DNA of 32,000 nt from assembly GCF_016127575.1 (NCBI RefSeq), contig NZ_CP066018.1, positions 1,170,001 through 1,202,000 of the forward strand, in the 5' to 3' direction. Below are positions 27,427-32,000 of the stretch, piece after piece. This stretch comes from Cupriavidus necator (lineage in GTDB: Bacteria > Pseudomonadota > Gammaproteobacteria > Burkholderiales > Burkholderiaceae). Under the pieces are notes generated by a model. That model was not told the origin of the DNA, searched no databases, and saw nothing but the letters and a program-made list of their open reading frames with translations. The translations under genes and the position numbers were made by a program. The first letter of the stretch is position 1. The number at the start of each line of letters is the position of its first letter.

Positions 27427-27508
27427 GGGCGCCACCACCGCTGCGCGGACGGCTGCCCCGGCCGCCCGCCAGCAGGTATCATCGGCGCGACAGCCCCCGC
27501 GCGCGCCG

Positions 27509-29502
27509 ATGACCCACTCAGACGATTTTCTCGCCGTGCATGACCCCGCCGCCACCCGTCCGGCCCACGCGCCGGACGTCGGCAGCGGGCGGTGGTGGGG
27601 CTTTGCCGTGGCGCTGGCCGCGGGTCTCCTGCTGCTGTGCGCGCTGACCTGGCTGGTCTCGGTCCAGCGCGGCCTGGCCAGCCTCCAGCAAAGCACGGCC
27701 ACGCGCGCCGACCGCTACGCCGCCACGCTGGAAAGCACCCTCGACCGCTACGAATTCCTGCCCGCGCTGGTCTCGCTGCACCCCTTCGTGCGCGGGCTGC
27801 TGGACTCCCCCGACGACCCGCAACGCGTGGCCGCCGCCAACCAGTACCTGGCGGAGGTCAACCGCCGCGCGCATGCCTCGGCCACTTATGTGATCGCCGC
27901 CAACGGCATTGCGCTGGCGGCCAGCAACCACGGCCAGCCCGGCAGCTTTGTCGGCACAGACTACCGCTTCCGCCCCTACTTCCAGACCGCCGCGGGCGGC
28001 AAGATGGGGCGCTTCTATGCCATCGGCATCACCAGCGACGAGCCCGGCTACTACCTCGCGCAGCCGGTCGAGTCCGGCGGCAAGGTCATCGGCGTGACCG
28101 TGGTCAAGCTCAACCTGGAGTGGTTCCAGCGCGCCGGCAGCGGCGCCGAGCCGCTGATGGTCAGTGACGACCATGGCGTGATCTTCCTGTCGTCAGTATC
28201 GGCCTGGCAGTACCGCACCCTGCGCCCGCTGCCGCCGCCGCTGCAGGCCGAGATGGAAAAGACACGCCAGTACCACGGCCGCGCGGTGACGCCGCTGCCG
28301 CTGGAGCCGCTGACCTCGCCGGTCACGCGCTGGCTGGCGGACACCACGCTGGCCGACGGCGCGCGGCTGGTGCGCGTGCGCGACGAATCGCCCGCCAGCA
28401 AGACCACCTCTGCCCCGGACGGCGCCGAACGCGCCGTCCGCTACCTGGAACTGGACCGCACGGTCGGCGCGGCTGGCTGGACCATGCAGGTGATGGCGCC
28501 GCTGGAGCCGGTGCTGGCCAATGCGCGCAACGCCACCGTGGCGGCGGCGCTGGCCTATGCCTGCATCTGCCTGCTGCTGGTCAACTGGCGCCAGCGCCGC
28601 CAGCGCGCGCGCGACATGCAGTACAGCCGCCGCCTGCTTGAGGCCGCCTACGACCAGCTGGAGCGCCGCGTCGAGGCCCGCACCGCCGACCTGATGGCGA
28701 TCAATGAAAAGCTGGAAGATGAAGTGGCCGAGCGTACCCGTGCTGAAAGCGAGCTGCGCGCGGCCCAGGACGAACTGGTGCAGGCCAGCAAGCTGGCCGC
28801 GCTGGGGCAGATGGCGGCCGGCATCACGCATGAGCTGAACCAGCCGCTGGCGGCGCTGCGCACGTTCTCGGACAACACCCGCGTGCTGCTGGAGCGCGGC
28901 CAGCTGGCCGCGGCCGAAGGCAACCTGACCGCCATTGCCGACCTGACCGAGCGCATGGGCAAGATCACCGGGCAGCTCAAGCTGTTCGCCGGCAAGGCGC
29001 GCCCGGTGCACCGGCCGGTCGCGCTGCGCGCCGCGGTCGATCATGTGCTGGCGCTGCTGGCACCGCGCCTTGGCGCGGTCACCGTCAACGTCACCGGCCT
29101 GGACGCCCTGCCCGGGCTGGCCGTGCGCGCCGATGAGCTGAAGCTGGAGCAAGTGCTGCTGAACCTGCTCGGCAACGCGCTGGATGCGATTGCGGCGGCC
29201 GCACCGGCGCAGGGACAGATCGATCTCGAGGTGCAGGCAGAAGACCACGCCGTCACCATCGTCGTGCGCGACAACGGCACCGGCATCGCGCCGCAAGCGC
29301 TGCCGCGCCTGTTCGAACCCTTCTTCACCACCAAGGAAACCGGGCAGGGTCTGGGGCTGGGGCTGGCGATCTCGTCGTCGATCGTGCGCGAGTTCGGCGG
29401 CCAGCTGAGCGTGGCCAACGTGCCCGGCGGCGGCGCGCAGTTCACGCTGGTGCTGGCGCGCGCCCCCGCCATCGATCCGGCGCCATCGGTTTCCGCCTCT
29501 CA

Positions 29503-29506
<4 letters not shown>
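27509..29506 (+). CDS. dctB: C4-dicarboxylate sensor histidine kinase DctB-like (665 aa)
   Basis: ORF 27386..29506 trimmed to ATG 27509. It has two TM segments flanking a periplasmic double-PAS/Cache-like domain (YVIAANGIALAASN...YRFRPYF...RFYAIGITSDEPGYYLAQPV), the H-box ITHELNQPLAAL, and N/G boxes (LLNLLGNALDA, DNGTGI, GLGLGLAIS). Confidence 0.85.
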
Positions 29507-30840
<1,334 letters not shown>

Positions 30841-30958
30841 TGTCATGCTGCCTTCATTGCGCTGCCATGCCGCCGTCACATTGGCGGCCTATTCTTCGAT
30901 GGCGGCTGCGGCATTGGCAGGTGCCCGCCGTGTGTATCAATCTTCGTGGTAATTGACG

Positions 30959-30984
30959 GCCCCGCGTATGCGGGGCGTTTTTTT
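30959..30984 (+). terminator. Rho-independent terminator of the dct operon
   Basis: GCCCCGC-GTAT-GCGGGGC followed by GTTTTTTT. Confidence 0.8.
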
Positions 30985-31078
30985 GGGTTGTGCACCCCGC
31001 CCCGCCACTTCACACTCGCCACACATTCCCCTCACCCCCGCTGGCCAGACTGGAGCCCTGCCATCTCCGGGACCCGCC

Positions 31079-32000
31079 ATGCCCTCCTTCGACTACGACA
31101 TCGTCATCGCCGGCGCCAGCTTTGCCGGCGCCGCCTGCGCCCTGGCCGCGGCGCGCGCCGGCCTGCGCGTGCTGGTGCTGGAACGCAAGACCGATCCCGG
31201 CGACAAGCTCCACACCACCGGCATCCTGGTCAAGGAAGCCATCGAGCAGACCTGGCTGGGCCGCGCGCCGGCCGATTGCGTGCACCGCGTGGAGCAGGTG
31301 CGGCTGTACTCGCCCAGGCTGCGCAGCATCGACCTGAGTGCGCCCGGCTATTATTTCCACACCACCGATACGCCGCGCCTGATGCGCTGGCTGGCCGCCG
31401 AGCTGGTGCGCCACCGGGTCGAGCTGCGCCTGGGCCAGGCGTTCGTGGGCGCGGTGCCGCGCAACGGCGGTTGGCATGTGACCGGCGTGGGCAATACGCG
31501 CTATCTGGTCGGCGCGGATGGCGCGAAATCGCGCGTGGCCCAGTGTGCCGGGCTGGGGCGCGTGCACAGCTTCCTGTATGGCGTGGAGTATGAGTTCCCG
31601 GGACTGGCGCTGCCCGAGCCGGGCGCGCTGCACTGCTTCATCACCCGGCGCTTCGCACCCGGCTATATCGGCTGGATCGCGCAGAACCCCACCGGCGTGC
31701 AGGCCGGCCTGGCGCTGCGCTACCTGCCTCGGCACGGCCGCGCGCCAGACCTGGACGGTCTGCTGGCGCATGTGCGCGAGCGCGCCGGCCTGCCGCAACT
31801 GGCGCAGCCTGCGGCGACGCGCGCGGGGCTGATCCCATGCGGCGGCCCGGCCTTCCCGCTGGCGCGCGACGGCGTGATCCTGACGGGAGATGCCGCCGGC
31901 ATCGTGTCGCCGGTCACCGCCGGGGGCATCCACTATGCCTTTGCCCATGGCGAGTCGGTCGGCCAGGCCGTGGCCGCGCACCTGCTGCGCGGCGGCCCGG
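31079..32000 (+). CDS. FAD-dependent oxidoreductase, geranylgeranyl-reductase/FixC-like family (N-terminal ~307 codons, runs off the right edge)
   Basis: The frame is open to the window end, so it is not in the ORF track. My translation from ATG 31079: MPSFDYDIVIAGASFAGAACALAAARAGLRVLVLERK... (a GxGxxG dinucleotide fold) ...YLVGADGAKSRVA... and GDAAGIVSPVTAGGIHYA, typical of this flavoprotein family. GC3 is very high. Confidence 0.8.
   Translation, partial: MPSFDYDIVIAGASFAGAACALAAARAGLRVLVLERKTDPGDKLHTTGILVKEAIEQTWLGRAPADCVHRVEQVRLYSPRLRSIDLSAPGYYFHTTDTPRLMRWLAAELVRHRVELRLGQAFVGAVPRNGGWHVTGVGNTRYLVGADGAKSRVAQCAGLGRVHSFLYGVEYEFPGLALPEPGALHCFITRRFAPGYIGWIAQNPTGVQAGLALRYLPRHGRAPDLDGLLAHVRERAGLPQLAQPAATRAGLIPCGGPAFPLARDGVILTGDAAGIVSPVTAGGIHYAFAHGESVGQAVAAHLLRGGP

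Noticed and set aside
25735-27702. N-terminal ~655 codons of the 762-aa minus-strand ORF 25414..27702
   Set aside because: This portion is antisense to dctA and its promoter. Only the last 106 codons, from ATG 25734, form a recognisable ferredoxin-like protein.

Overview
GC-rich (about two-thirds G+C by eye) betaproteobacterial chromosomal segment. Gene content and order look like Cupriavidus/Ralstonia; from memory, the nagR / nagF-nagE-porin-nagA-nagB-zwf arrangement is the one described for Cupriavidus necator. Left to right: (1) 5' part of gshA (-); (2) a long, structured, terminator-rich spacer; (3) a nitrogen module on the minus strand, TorF-like porin - glnK - amtB, behind a near-consensus sigma-54 promoter; (4) ubiK and comM/yifB (+); (5) a six-gene minus-strand N-acetylglucosamine PTS/catabolic operon ending in zwf, divergent from its GntR/HutC repressor across an AT-rich 390-bp control region with TGGTAT-type repeats; (6) a LysE exporter, an exported lipoprotein and two thioredoxin-fold proteins; (7) a UvrD-like helicase preceded by a consensus LexA box; (8) rlmI, ybeD, a PBP5/6 carboxypeptidase, an alpha/beta hydrolase and a small 2Fe-2S ferredoxin-like gene (all -); (9) dctA-dctB-dctD with a consensus sigma-54 promoter and upstream repeats; (10) the 5' part of an FAD-dependent oxidoreductase. 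I saw no tRNA/rRNA, CRISPR, transposase/integrase, phage or defence-like genes and no compositional island apart from short AT-rich promoter spacers. I did not find a convincing novel multi-gene system. This reads as core metabolic and regulatory chromosome. The signals worth a second look are small: a candidate terminator-bounded sRNA, a porin apparently recruited into the Ntr operon, a Cys-less second EIIB domain in NagE, a proline-rich mini-ORF, an in-frame 21-bp tandem repeat, and duplicated promoter and operator motifs. The many long ORFs antisense to real genes are mirror-frame artefacts of high GC. The ORF track uses non-ATG starts, so several listed starts were trimmed to ATG/GTG codons with a Shine-Dalgarno sequence.
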